Source: Selaginella moellendorffii (taxonomy: Eukaryota > Plantae > Lycopodiophyta). From it: a stretch of 23,993 nt of DNA. The stretch lies in assembly GCF_000143415.4 (NCBI RefSeq), contig NW_003314296.1, positions 508,605 to 532,597 of the forward strand, read 5' to 3'. This document shows positions 1 through 11,119 of this stretch, piece after piece. The notes beneath the pieces were generated by a model, which had not been told where the DNA came from, did no database searches, and saw only the letters and a program-made list of their open reading frames with translations. Position numbers and translations under genes: made by a program. The stretch's first letter is position 1; each line of letters begins with the position of its first letter.

Positions 1-37
1 GGACACAAGAGGACCAACACATGACATATGGAAGTGT

Positions 38-355
38 TGAGATAGACCCAAGATGGAGTCAAGATGGATTTGAAATGGAGCCCGAGATGGAGTCCAGGAT
101 GGACCCAAAATGGAGTTAGAGATAGAGTTAAAGATGGACCCGAGATAGAGTCTAAGATAGACCCGAGATAGACCCAAGATGGAGTCTGAGATGGACCCGA
201 GATGGAGTCCGAGATGGAGTCTGAGATGGACTCGAAATGGAGTCTAAGATGGACTTGAGATGAAGTTTGAGATGGAACCAAGACCGAGACTGAGTCCAAG
301 TTCAAATCTAAGTCTGAAACCAAGTCTGAAACCGAGACTGAGACTGAGTCTAGAT
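38..355. repeat. Degenerate 12-bp tandem repeat (GAGATGGAGTCC / GAGATGGACCC-type, grading to GAGACTGAGTCC)
   Basis: Periodic units are directly visible; related to the array at 20733-20992. Confidence 0.9.
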
Positions 356-1080
356 GGGGAGGGTACCATGAGGCTTGCGTAGGGCCACGGTGTTCCGAAA
401 TGTTGTCCTAAAGTCCCAGACTATGGAAAGGAAGAGGAGCAATCCTCTGGTGTAGTGACCAAGGATATGATCACATGGTGAGGAAGTCCTAGAGGGCAAT
501 GGGACTTAGTGGTCGGGCATATAGGCCTTGACTCAGTGGCAGTGTTGGCGAACATGGCCATGGATAGAAAGGGACTTAGTGGGGACTTAAAAAAGGATAT
601 TGGGGAAGGCTATTCCCTATGTTTGCGAGCATTCTAAGGATGTTAAGGAGTGGACCTTGGATGATCACTCATGGATGGATAGTCCAGTCTTTAAGAGACG
701 GGACTGTGGTGTAGATGGTGTTGGATCACCGGTATGACAAAGGTGAATGGGCATGGCCTTAGTGTAATAAGCTGATATGTTAGTGGTACCTTTGGGTGTC
801 GGTCATAAGATCAGATATATAGAGCACTTGGACCAAATGCAAAAGTTGAATGGCAGGGATGCTATTCTTGGGGGTAGCAAGCCCCAAGTCTAGAATAAAA
901 TTTATAGAGGTTGTGAGTGAGACTTTTTCAAGTGGTTGGAGGTGTGGTTAAGCGCCTAAAGTAGAATGGAAAATTTAGTCACTTACAGAGGGTTATATGG
1001 TGTTCTAAAAGTATAATATGGATAGTGAGGTCCAAGAAATAATTTTAAAGGAACTCTTCAGTAGTGCCTCCAAATTAACT

Positions 1081-1775
1081 TGAGGTTGAGATTGGGGTTA
1101 GGGGCTTTGGATGGGAGTGAGCATGGACTTAGGTGATGCTAGAGAAGCTACTCAAGAAAGTGCTCAAAAATAACTCCCACTTTCTGGAAGGGAAACCAGT
1201 TGTGGTGCTTTTGGCTCATATAGAATGGTGCCCCACTTGAGTAACTTATGGTTTATTGGTCTTCACTCCTTCCTAGGGGCTTGGGCCTTCCCTTTAGGAT
1301 GAAAGTGGGGGAGTAAGGGTATTTATACTAGGCTGTTAGACCATAATGTTTCCCGAAGCAAGTGATGCACCCAAAACTTAGGATTTAGANNNNNNNNNNN
1401 NNNNNNNNNNNNNNNNNNNNNNNNNNNNNNNNNNNNNNNNNNNNNNNNNNNNNNNNNNNNNNNNNNNNNNNNNNNNNNNNNNNNNNNNNNNNNNNNNNNN
1501 NNNNNNNNNNNNNNNNNNNNNNNNNNNNNNNNNNNNNNNNNNNNNNNNNNNNNNNNNNNNNNNNNNNNNNNNNNNNNNNNNNNNNNNNNNNNNNNNNNNN
1601 NNNNNNNNNNNNNNNNNNNNNNNNNNNNNNNNNNNNNNNNNNNNNNNNNNNNNNNNNNNNNNNNNNNNNNNNATAAATGAGAATTTAACGTGGGAACTCA
1701 ATTAAAGCCAAGGCAGTGGTAGTCAAATAGATAAGATAAGCTAGCAAATTGGAAAAGAAAAATTTGTGGCTTACA
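1081..1775 (-). mobile_element. LTR-like dispersed repeat, copy 1 (interrupted by an assembly gap)
   Basis: The reverse complements of 1681-1775 and 1125-1389 align by eye to 19997-20090 and 20316-20590. Starts TGTAAG on the minus strand and contains TATAAATACCC. Confidence 0.7.
1390..1672. other. Assembly gap (N run)
   Basis: Run of Ns. Confidence 1.
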
Positions 1776-1782
1776 GCATAGT

Positions 1783-4195
1783 GTATGGAGCTAATACATT
1801 GGTATAAAATACATTATGAACATTGAACATTTCCTCAAGAAAATCCAATTGATAGAATATATCATCAATCCATTTTAACACTAGGTAGGGATTAACAAAT
1901 GTTGGTAACAACTTCTAGAATAAAGATCACTTTACATTCAAGTTCTATGAGGATAACTACATTGAATCTCCCACTTGATAAATTACATCCTGATGATATT
2001 GATCTTTATCATGTCGATACCTATCTTGAGTTTTGCCCATCACCTTAGTTGCTCTTGACCAACCTTGGTGCAACTACTTTACATAGCTAGGACCAATATT
2101 TTGGACATTGGTTTCAATACAACAATCTGTTGAGGAACTCCACAAGCATTCTTTTGCAGCCATGGAAAATAGCCAATAGCATTATGAAATGTGTTGTTAT
2201 AACAGATTTCTACTATGTCCAAATGATCAACCTAGTTGCATTAGTCTGCCACGACATAGTACCACAAATAATCCTTTACTTGAGCATTCACATGTTCAAT
2301 CTGCCCATTGGTTTTTGGATGATAAGCTATTACTAAACTTTAATTTGGTACCAAACAACTGAAACAATATGCCCCAAAACCCCATAAATCTCAAATCTCT
2401 ATTTAAGATCATCTCTTTATGAAACCTATGAACCTGTACTACTTAATGGAAAAAGAGCTTTGTTGCTTACTTCGCATTCACTGTTTTCACAATTGGAATG
2501 AAGTGTGTAACCTTCAACAATTAATCCACAACCACCATCAAAGTGTCATAACCTTTAAACTTTGGCAAGCAAGTGATGAAGTCAAGTGTCAAACTTTTAA
2601 ATGGCTATGTCAATGCTTGAATGCACTACAACTTCCCAACTTGCTTCTCAATTCTTCACTTACACTGTTGGTATATAGAGCAAAAATGGACATAATCCAC
2701 TACATCACCTTCCATACCAGACTAAAAAAATCCTTTTTTCAATGAGGTAAGATTCTTTTCCTTACCACTATGTCCTATTCCAGAACATCATGATATTCCC
2801 ACAAAATCAACTATCATAGGTCCTTGGACAAAAGATACAATTTTTCTTGCTTATAATAAATAAGCCCATTCCTAACTGAGAAGTGAAACTTCACATTGAT
2901 GTGACTAGCAACTTTCGCCACTTCACTACTAAGGTTCTACTTTGCCAACTTTGCATGATGCAATATCGCCTTTACTAACGGATCACTTCCATATGAAGCC
3001 CGAACATCCTCCAACTAGTCTAAATTGATTGCCAACATTGCCTGGAATTGAGTCTGACAACTCAACGCATCCGGAACAATATTGTCTTTATCAAATCTAT
3101 AGATGACTTCAATATCAAATCTAGCAAGCTTCTCTTGCTAATGAACTTAAGTTAACATAGGCATTGGCTACATTGTCAAGTAGCTCAATGTGTTACTATT
3201 TATATAAACCTTAATATGTCTACCCAATAGTATCTCTAATGTTCTAGTGCCAACACTATAGCAAATAGCTCTTTCTCGTGCGTTGGCCACCTTTATGGGG
3301 TTTCATCCAATTTCTTGGAGTAAAACACCAATAGGACAACTGCATCACTTTAGCATAACACCAACAACACTGTCACAATTTTATTGCAACACAAACACCT
3401 ATAGCATAGTTAGATGCATCATAATGCACTTTGAAGGGTTTATCAAGATTTAAGATCTTGAGAATAGGAACTATAGTTAAAATCTTCTTCAATTGTACAA
3501 AAGCACATTGACAAGTTAGTGTCCAATGAAATGGTATATTACCCTTTATTAACTTAGTCAATAAAAGAGCAATACTTGCAAACTTTCAACAAATATGCAA
3601 TAAGATCCCATTAAATCAAGAAAGGAATGAATATTTGATAAAGTAGTTAAAACTTCCTAAGACTTCTCTGCTTCCACTGTCTTTGGATCCACCTCAATTA
3701 CACCACCATCAATTATATATCTAAGAAAGTTCATACGCATTTAACCAAAAACACATTTACTCTCCTTAATATATAATTTATTCTCTCGCAACTTTTAAAA
3801 CTCCAACATTTTAAATGATCCTCCAATGTTTTACTAAAGACTATGACATCGTTAATATATAAGACAGCAAATGTGTCTAAATAATCTCTAAATATTCTAT
3901 CCATTATTGTACTAAATGTTATTGAAGCATTATATAACCCAAATGATATAATGAGGAATTTATAGGACCTATAACAAGTTTTAAAGGTTGTTTTTTCCAC
4001 ATCTTGATTTGCCACCCGTATCTGATGATATCTGGATCATAAATCAAGTTGCATAAAATACTTAGCCTTTGAGATTTGGTCAAACAAGTCATCAATGTGA
4101 GGTAAATGATAATTGTTTCTGACTGTGATCTTGTTAAGAGCTTGATAATCAATATAGTATTAATATGACATTTAAACACTAATGAGATACCCATT
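1783..4195 (-). mobile_element. Degenerate Ty3/gypsy pol remnant (RT - RNase H - integrase)
   Basis: RT motifs DVEKTTFKT..FGLYNA..YINDVIVFSKTLEDHL (3731-4015). RNase H linker WT..CQ.AF..LKK..KPFKVHYDASNYAIG (3373-3561). Integrase zinc finger EYHD..GHSG..DVVDYVHFCSIYQQCK..LDFITCLP (about 2565-2810). C-terminal YQVGD..KLLPTFVNPYLVL..VHNVFY..LAPY (about 1785-1985). Gypsy domain order, with many stops and frameshifts. Confidence 0.92.
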
Positions 4196-5356
4196 GTTGA
4201 AGCTCAAGATCGTTTCAAATCTTACCTTCGAACATGCTAGTCTCATGACCTATAAAGTTGTAGCTTCATAACTACTCTTGAAGTGTTACCTCATATGAAT
4301 ATAATTTTTTATATTCATATCCTATCCAAGGTTATTCTTACAAATATTATTTTAATAATTGATCATCCCCTTTTGTTCCATATGAGCTACCTTGCCTCTT
4401 AAAAATATCCGTCTAACATGAGAATGTCAACTCTCTTTGGATGAGAAATAGTCCAAACTACCATATTAAGGACATGTATCATTAGCCATATTTTGATCTC
4501 CTATGGTCATCATTTTTAATCTCAAATTCATGAGCATTATCCTCAACTACATGATGATAATCATATGATTTTTTTTATTGTCTAAGAGTCCCTTTCCTTC
4601 AAGTGATCCTAACTATACTTATTTACCATAACTACATTAAAGCCATGCTAAATTATTCTTTCATATAAGTCATAACCTCAATTCTTTGAGGGAAACTTTT
4701 TATAGTTCCCAAGATCCTAAAGTCATTTTTTTATTAGCCTCCTTTCTATCCACCACACTTCAAGTTCACATATAAACTAAGGTGAAGAGCTAAAATCCAT
4801 AACATCTTATTTCTCAAGTTTAACCCTACTCTTGGGACCTTCAAATGTCAATATTGACTGGTGATAAATTTGACTACCAATAAGAGTAAAACTAAGAAGT
4901 ATTTATAACATCAAGTTATAAATGATTAATTTTCAATTCTAATTTAATAATTTAACCACACTTTTAACCATTTGGAAGAGTCTTAGTCACAACCTTTATA
5001 GGTCTTCATCCCAAATTGAGGATAACCATAAAAGTGGCTTTAGAGTCATATTAATTTTGCAAATGATTAAAGTGCTCCACATATATCTAAAAGTATTACT
5101 AATATACTAATTTTTTGCACTAAGCCCATATCCATTTTTACTACCCCTTTAGTAATCCAAGACCACTATTACTATAGACCTATCCCTCTAAAACAAAATT
5201 ATCAATTCCATGAGTGATTATTTTATGACTATTTAACATCCTTAGGATGCCCCAAGATATAAGAGAACACTACCCTTTTGTTATGAATGTGATTGTAGGG
5301 TATTAACAATTATTTATTGGTAAGTTTTTTCAAATATTTTTTCATTACTGCCACGA

Positions 5357-5518
5357 TATAGCACATTTTATCTCTCTTTTCTTAAGCCAACTGGAAAAGG
5401 GGCAATTGCTTGATGAGAGAGCCCTTAGTAGTTATTTTATCCCCATTTATCCCCCAAAGTTCCAAGGATCCACGGTAATAATATATTCAAATCTCATCCC
5501 ATGATCACATGTGCTACA
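5357..5518 (-). mobile_element. Solo LTR of the TRIM family at 21078-21640
   Basis: Aligns end to end with LTR 21479-21640 (cttaagccaactggaaaaggggcaattg...aaatctcatcccatgatcacat). Flanks CACGA / TATGA fit a 5-bp TSD with two C>T changes. Confidence 0.85.
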
Positions 5519-6008
5519 TATGATGATATAAAATTGATATTGCTAGTTCCCTTTGATAGTCCTTTTTGCTCAAGTGTTAGTAAACTAAACTTACCATTTG
5601 CACTTAACTAAATGAGCATAAAAAAGGAATTCCTAAGTAACTTTTTTAGCCAAACATATTTGGCCTAATTTGTTAATTCTCTTTTACTTTATTTTGCACT
5701 AGCTTGTTAAATATTGAGGACTAGACCTTTAATATGACTATGTGATAGTTTATCATATCTACCGACACTTTTGCAATCATGCCTCATGCTCCCATTAGTT
5801 ATTTATAAAAAGTGTCTAGTTTTGCCAATTAGGCGTATTTACTAAATGTAAAGATTGTATTGAACACAATGGTATTGCTTTCTGCAATCTAATGTTATTC
5901 TATATTTAGGAAGTTTTTGAGATTGTTTCAAAGGCCAACTCTTGGGATTGGGGTGAAACCTAATAAATGCTTTCATATATGGGGGGGGGGGGGTATAACT
6001 ATGTATAT

Positions 6009-6154
6009 CATAGTTATAAACACAGCTGGGATCTTGGCCATATTCATTGTGTTTCATAAATATAGCCGTGTTTGTGAATAGTATATACTGTTACGAACAC
6101 GTGTTGTGATCCCGGCCATCATTGTCAGGATCATGGCTCGTGTTTATAACACTA
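6009..6154. mobile_element. MITE-like element with hAT-style terminal inverted repeats
   Basis: Left end CATAGTTATAAACAC versus right-end reverse complement TAGTGTTATAAACAC. Internal imperfect palindrome centred on agtatatact. No clean 8-bp TSD (atgtatat vs atttagtt). Confidence 0.6.
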
Positions 6155-6166
6155 ATTTAGTTTCAG

Positions 6167-8150
6167 ATCCAAGGCACACGCAACAATCTAGGGTGCACTA
6201 AGCATGGAACACTAATCCAGCATATTGCATGGGCAAAAACATCCTTCTTCATGGTGGTGGGATGAGGTAAGTGTGCTTGAGAGCAAAGGGCATGGCCACA
6301 AACTATGGTAATGCAAATATTGCATAATGGTGAACAAGCTCACTGGCATTGATCGTGTGTGAGTTCATCTATTGGGAGAAGGCCTAGGTAGCAAGGATAT
6401 TGTGAGTTGCCCTCTTATCCTAGGTAACAAGAAGGCAGAGTTGGGTAACATACAAAAGGTTATTGACTCTGAGAAAGGCACAAGGGGGAAGAAATGACCG
6501 AATGTAGAACTTTTAGTGCCAATGGTATCATCCTAGGCAAGTGGAAGTGGCTGCATTTCCTCATTTTTTAGCAAGTAGAGCCAAGTCTATTTTATAGATT
6601 TAATGGATCCAGAATGGAAGAGTCGAGTTGATATGGCGATTAGAAGGTTTTTCTAGAATGAACACATGCCATTTATGAAAGTTCGATCCCATTACTTCCT
6701 CAACATGATTCAGGAAGTTGCCAAATATGGTGTGCTTTATACACCACCAAAATATGATGATCTTCGGAAGAAGCTTTTGTTGAAATAAAAAGGATTCATT
6801 GACGTTGAGATGGCATCTATGAGGAAGTAGTGGGAGTAGAGGGTGTAACCATATATGCAGATGGGTGGGCAGATAGGAGGAATCAACATATCATGGGGCT
6901 TGTGGCATATAGTCAAGGATGGGTAGCTTTTCTAAAGGCTATCGAAATTTCCTCAACAGGAAAAACAGTTGAGAATACTTTGCATTGCTGGGAAGAAGGC
7001 ATTAACATTGTGGATGTAGAGAATGTTGTCATGGTTGTAACAGATGGGGAAAATGTAAACAGAGCAATAGTAGCAATTTTGAAACAAAGGTACTTGAAAA
7101 TTTAATGGGTAGCATATTTTGCCCATTGCTTGAACAATGCTCTAAAAAACTTTAGTGAACTTCCATGGATGGTAATGCTTTTGGAGCGAGGAAAGGCTTT
7201 GGTGAGCTTCATCAGGAACCAAGCAAATGTTATGCTATTATGATACAAGGTTTGGCTACAACTTCATTATGATGGAGAGGTTGATAGAGCTCTGGGAAGC
7301 TTTACAATAGATGTTCATATGCCCTACGTACAAAGCAAGGCTTGTTGAAGACAAGAGCAGGCAAAGACAATTATGTAACCATATTTTATGACAGGTTAAG
7401 GACATGTTAAAGGTGTCTGAGGATGTTATACTGCTACTTCATCTTGTGGATGGTGATATACTTGATATTGGAAAAATATATAAGTGTATGAATGAGTTGG
7501 ATGCAAATTTAGAGGAAGGACAGTCAGATTATGGCAAGTACAAAGAACTTCATCAAATCATGTCTAACCGGTGGCATGAATATCACTCGCTCATGCACTT
7601 GGTAGCATATATGCTAGAACTCGAGTTTCAAGAGCATGAGAAACATGCCAATAGAGAAGTCATGAAGGATTGGGATGCTTATCTATTGGCCATGTTTACA
7701 TTTAGTGAGAAGGACGTGATACGAGATGAGCTTTTAACTTACAGAAGGATAGGAGGCATTTTCAACTCAATTGATGCTAAGGATGACTGCAATAAGAAGG
7801 GATCTGTACATTGGTGGGAGGACTATATTTATAAAATTCCAGCTCTTCAAAAGTTGGCCATTCAAGTTCTAAGTTAGGCATGCTTGTCATCCTTGGTGGA
7901 GAGATTGTTTAGCACTTTTGAGCATGTGTTTTCAAAGAAGAGAACAGACTTATTATGGACAGGATAGTAGATTTGGTTTTCATGGCTTGCAATAGCAGGT
8001 TGCTAACCTATAAAAATGACCGTGACTGTGACAAGTTTGTGAGCTACAAAGTATTAGAAATAGTTCCTCATCTAGAAGATGAGCTTAAGTCATGAGAGGA
8101 AGAGGAAAATGGAGATGATATTGACATTGTGAGGTTGAAGATAACAATGA
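6167..8150 (+). pseudogene. hAT-family transposase pseudogene (BED zinc finger, DUF659-type core, hAT C-terminal dimerisation region)
   Basis: WWDEV..W*CKYC..RV*VHL..SCP (about 6255-6415). AIRRFF*..PF..S.YF.NMI..YTPPKYDDLR. GVTIYADGWADRRNQ..VVTDGENV..AHCL. WW....PALQKLAIQVLS..S..ERLFSTF.HV.SKKRNRL (about 7810-7950). Multiple in-frame stops. Confidence 0.9.
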
Positions 8151-8207
8151 TTTGTAGGATTTCTGAGTAGTTTATATATAATAAAAAGTAGCATATTCCT
8201 AAAATTT

Positions 8208-8472
8208 TGTGTGTATGCGTGTGTGTGTGTGTATGTATGTGTATATATATATACATACATACATATACATTTTATAGGGATATATATCCTATTGTATATA
8301 ATGTATCCTAAGGATATATATACATATATATATACATATACATATATATACACATATATACATATATACATATATATACACATATATACATATCTACATA
8401 TATATACATATATACATATATATACATATATACATATATACATATAGAAAATGTATACATATGTGTGTATAT
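8208..8472. repeat. Compound (GT)n/(TA)n/(TATACA)n microsatellite
   Basis: Directly visible. Confidence 0.97.
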
Positions 8473-8568
8473 AAGTATTACACTACTTTGGTAATTTTGT
8501 AATACATTAATTATAGTAGCATAGCATATAAACTATTCAATTAGAGTTGAATCTGGTCTATCCTTTCC

Positions 8569-8577
8569 TATATATAA
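8569..8577 (+). promoter_or_regulatory. Probable TATA box of the lectin gene
   Basis: cctatatataagc about 115 bp upstream of ATG 8690; similar context at 19292-19301 on the minus strand. Confidence 0.55.
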
Positions 8578-8689
8578 GCAAGGGTCTAAAACTCAATTAA
8601 CATACCTATTTTCATATCCTAGACATTTATAATATCATATTTTTATATAAGAAATACAATATTATACATTTTCTATAACAATTTGTGAA

Positions 8690-9580
8690 ATGTTTCAAGT
8701 GGTACTTCTTTTGTATTTAAGTAGTTCTTGTGGAGCTTATAAAAAAAATAAAATATATTGGGGAGAAAATAACACATTACAAAATAATGAGATTGGAATG
8801 ATTGTTAATTCTGGTTTTCAAAATCTCCTATCTCAAATATCAACAACTATTAATTATCCACATAATTATGAAAATATAAACTATGTTGATTTTGGTAGAG
8901 GAATTGCTTTAGTTGGATTTAATCATATGGATGGACCTATACCATATTGCACTACTGGGAAGATTTCAAATACACATGCTAGTGGTGTAGTTTTAAGACA
9001 AGCTTTTAGATTTTTGTTAAATAGATATGAAATGGATATAAATCGAGCTCAATCAACTAGTTGTGAAATTATTTCTCAAAGATATCAAATATGGTACGGC
9101 ATATTGTTTTGGTATCCTTATAGACACTTTATAATTAACCAATCCTTATATTTCCCATCTGATTCTAGTGATAATTGTGATATAAGTTTAACAAGTTTAA
9201 ATGCTGTACTAAAAAATAATAAACTCTATAAAGGTCAGTTTATTACTTCACCAAATCGTAAAAATATTTTATTATTAGAATCAAACTGTATACTTTCACT
9301 TTATTCAGGAAAGAATTTCTTATGGAGTTCTACAAATTTACTTGATTACTATGGAGATTGCTTTCTTATTCTTCAAATTGATGGTAATCTTGTTATATAT
9401 ACTCAAAAAAATGTTAAAATCTGGTCAACTAATAAAAATTGTATACCTCAACCAAATTGTTTATTGATAACATTTTTAACTATACAAAATGATTGTAATT
9501 TGGTAATTTATAAATCAGAAGCACCAAACAACGTTTGGTGGTCATTAAATACTGATAAGTATAATGGCTGTTTAACATAG
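8690..9580 (+). CDS. Secreted chimeric lectin: signal peptide + unknown ~150-aa domain + C-terminal bulb-type (GNA-like) mannose-binding lectin domain
   Basis: Intact intronless 296-aa ORF in very AT-rich DNA. Hydrophobic N-terminus MFQVVLLLYLSSSCGA. Two intact QxDxNxVxY motifs (QIDGNLVIY, QNDCNLVIY) and one degenerate (ESNCILSLY), each followed by W-S-x-x-type elements. Confidence 0.88.
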   Translation: MFQVVLLLYLSSSCGAYKKNKIYWGENNTLQNNEIGMIVNSGFQNLLSQISTTINYPHNYENINYVDFGRGIALVGFNHMDGPIPYCTTGKISNTHASGVVLRQAFRFLLNRYEMDINRAQSTSCEIISQRYQIWYGILFWYPYRHFIINQSLYFPSDSSDNCDISLTSLNAVLKNNKLYKGQFITSPNRKNILLLESNCILSLYSGKNFLWSSTNLLDYYGDCFLILQIDGNLVIYTQKNVKIWSTNKNCIPQPNCLLITFLTIQNDCNLVIYKSEAPNNVWWSLNTDKYNGCLT

Positions 9581-10459
9581 CTTTATCATGCTAAATAAAT
9601 TAACATTTTCAAAACATAATATATATTAGAAACTTTAACAAATAGTTTTAAATTTTTTTTGTATGTGTATGTATAAGCCAAAAATGTAATTTAGAATTAC
9701 AAATAATAATAAGTAGATAGTCACAAAATCACAGTAGAGATAGTGAAATATCCATCCTTAAGTAAAAAATTCTAACTTCCAACTATGTTACAAAGTATAA
9801 TTATTCCATAATTACTTATTCTAAAATTTTTTGGTCTTTGTGTCATAGATTAATATCGATACCTTTTTAAGATTTTTTAAAAATATATAAAGAAATATTA
9901 TATTTTAAATTTATATAAAATAGTTTTAAAAGATAATATGTCAGTAAAAATATGAAACATATAGTACATTATAAGATACAATAAATTTTAATATATATAT
10001 TTTGTTTTATATCAAATCACTCTTGTTTAATTATTAAATATGTATCAAAAACTATAAATATCCTATATGTGGTATCCCACTTAAGAGAAATGGAACAAGT
10101 ATGACAATGCAATATAGTATATTAAAAGATTATTAATTTGTCGTGTTTTAAAATAAAAAATGTAGCAATTACAGAAAAAGTATAATTACCAAATATATAT
10201 AATTAGTATAATATAATATTTTATTGTCATTTATACTTGCTATCTCTCTATAGTTTTTGAGTATCTTTTTAACCACTCTTGATAAAGTTCAAACCTCAAA
10301 CCTTTACTCAGGATGTAAACCCCATAGTTTTGTGGCAGTTGAAGATTAAATTAAGGCTTGACCAAATTAGATTTCAGAAACTTCATGCTTATATATTTAA
10401 AAGACAAATGGCTTTATATTCCAATTTAGATTTGAATATACAAAAAAATGGAGAAACTA

Positions 10460-10950
10460 CCATAAAGAGGGCTACCAGGAACAAGATTTTGTTTTCTCAA
10501 ACTCAAGCTTCTTCATAAAATTTGAAGGCCCAACCTAGATCAACCGTTGACACATTGTTGAGAATCAGCCTGTTAAAGAATATGTCCTTTAAGTGGCCTG
10601 CAATGGGAGGGTCCATAACAGTATACCTGTGTAGAAAAAAAAGGAGACGAAACATTAGAACTTCCAAGAAAAAAAATAAAGCTTTGATCCATGACACCAT
10701 AAAGTTTTTATCTTTGAGCTGTTCTTCTACATGATCCATGGGACCTACACTGGTGCAGTAGGTGTGGAAGTAGTACAAATGCAGGGCTTCAAATAGGCTC
10801 TGAGTGATCGAAATTCCAGCTTTCTGACGCTTAGTATATGTCAAGGGCATGAAAGCCATGTGGTTTTTGGGCCACATTGTAGACATCCATATGGAGATCC
10901 TTTGAGGTAGTATGCTGCACAGATCTGCAACAGTGTCAGAAATAAAACTA
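10460..10950 (-). pseudogene. Unidentified spliced gene remnant (about two exons)
   Basis: Moderately GC-rich coding-like blocks separated by a ~70-bp GT..polyT..CAG intron (about 10627-10697). The frame is broken by a probable homopolymer shift and stops. No family recognised. Confidence 0.4.
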
Positions 10951-11040
10951 CCTAACAAAGAGAAAGAGAAACATTGATTCAAAAGGTGGATGGCTTTAGG
11001 GAATAATTTTGGCATTAAAGTGAATGTTATGACCAGAAAA

Positions 11041-11119
11041 AATGTCATATGACATGGATAGTTTGAGAGGCTAATGTCACTTGACATTCAAATATTTACA
11101 AATAAATGACATTTGACAT
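11041..11119. repeat. Three phased palindromic AATGTCA-NN-TGACAT motifs, 32-bp period
   Basis: Copies start at 11041, 11073 and 11105; the third has one mismatch. Confidence 0.75.

Noticed and set aside
1378-1701. ORF across the first N run
   Set aside because: Artefact of the assembly gap.
2130-2745. Plus-strand ORFs of 68 and 108 aa
   Set aside because: Antisense to the gypsy integrase remnant.
4200-5350. Possible gag/protease of the gypsy element
   Set aside because: No convincing motif could be read; too degenerate.
8068-8447. Y/I/H/T-rich ORFs
   Set aside because: Translations of the microsatellite.
10760-10810. LFEALHLY resembling a P450 ExxR motif
   Set aside because: Arg is absent and there are no PERF or heme motifs nearby.
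11041-11119. CRISPR-like repeat-spacer pattern
   Set aside because: Only three 15-bp repeats with 17-bp spacers, eukaryotic context, no cas genes.
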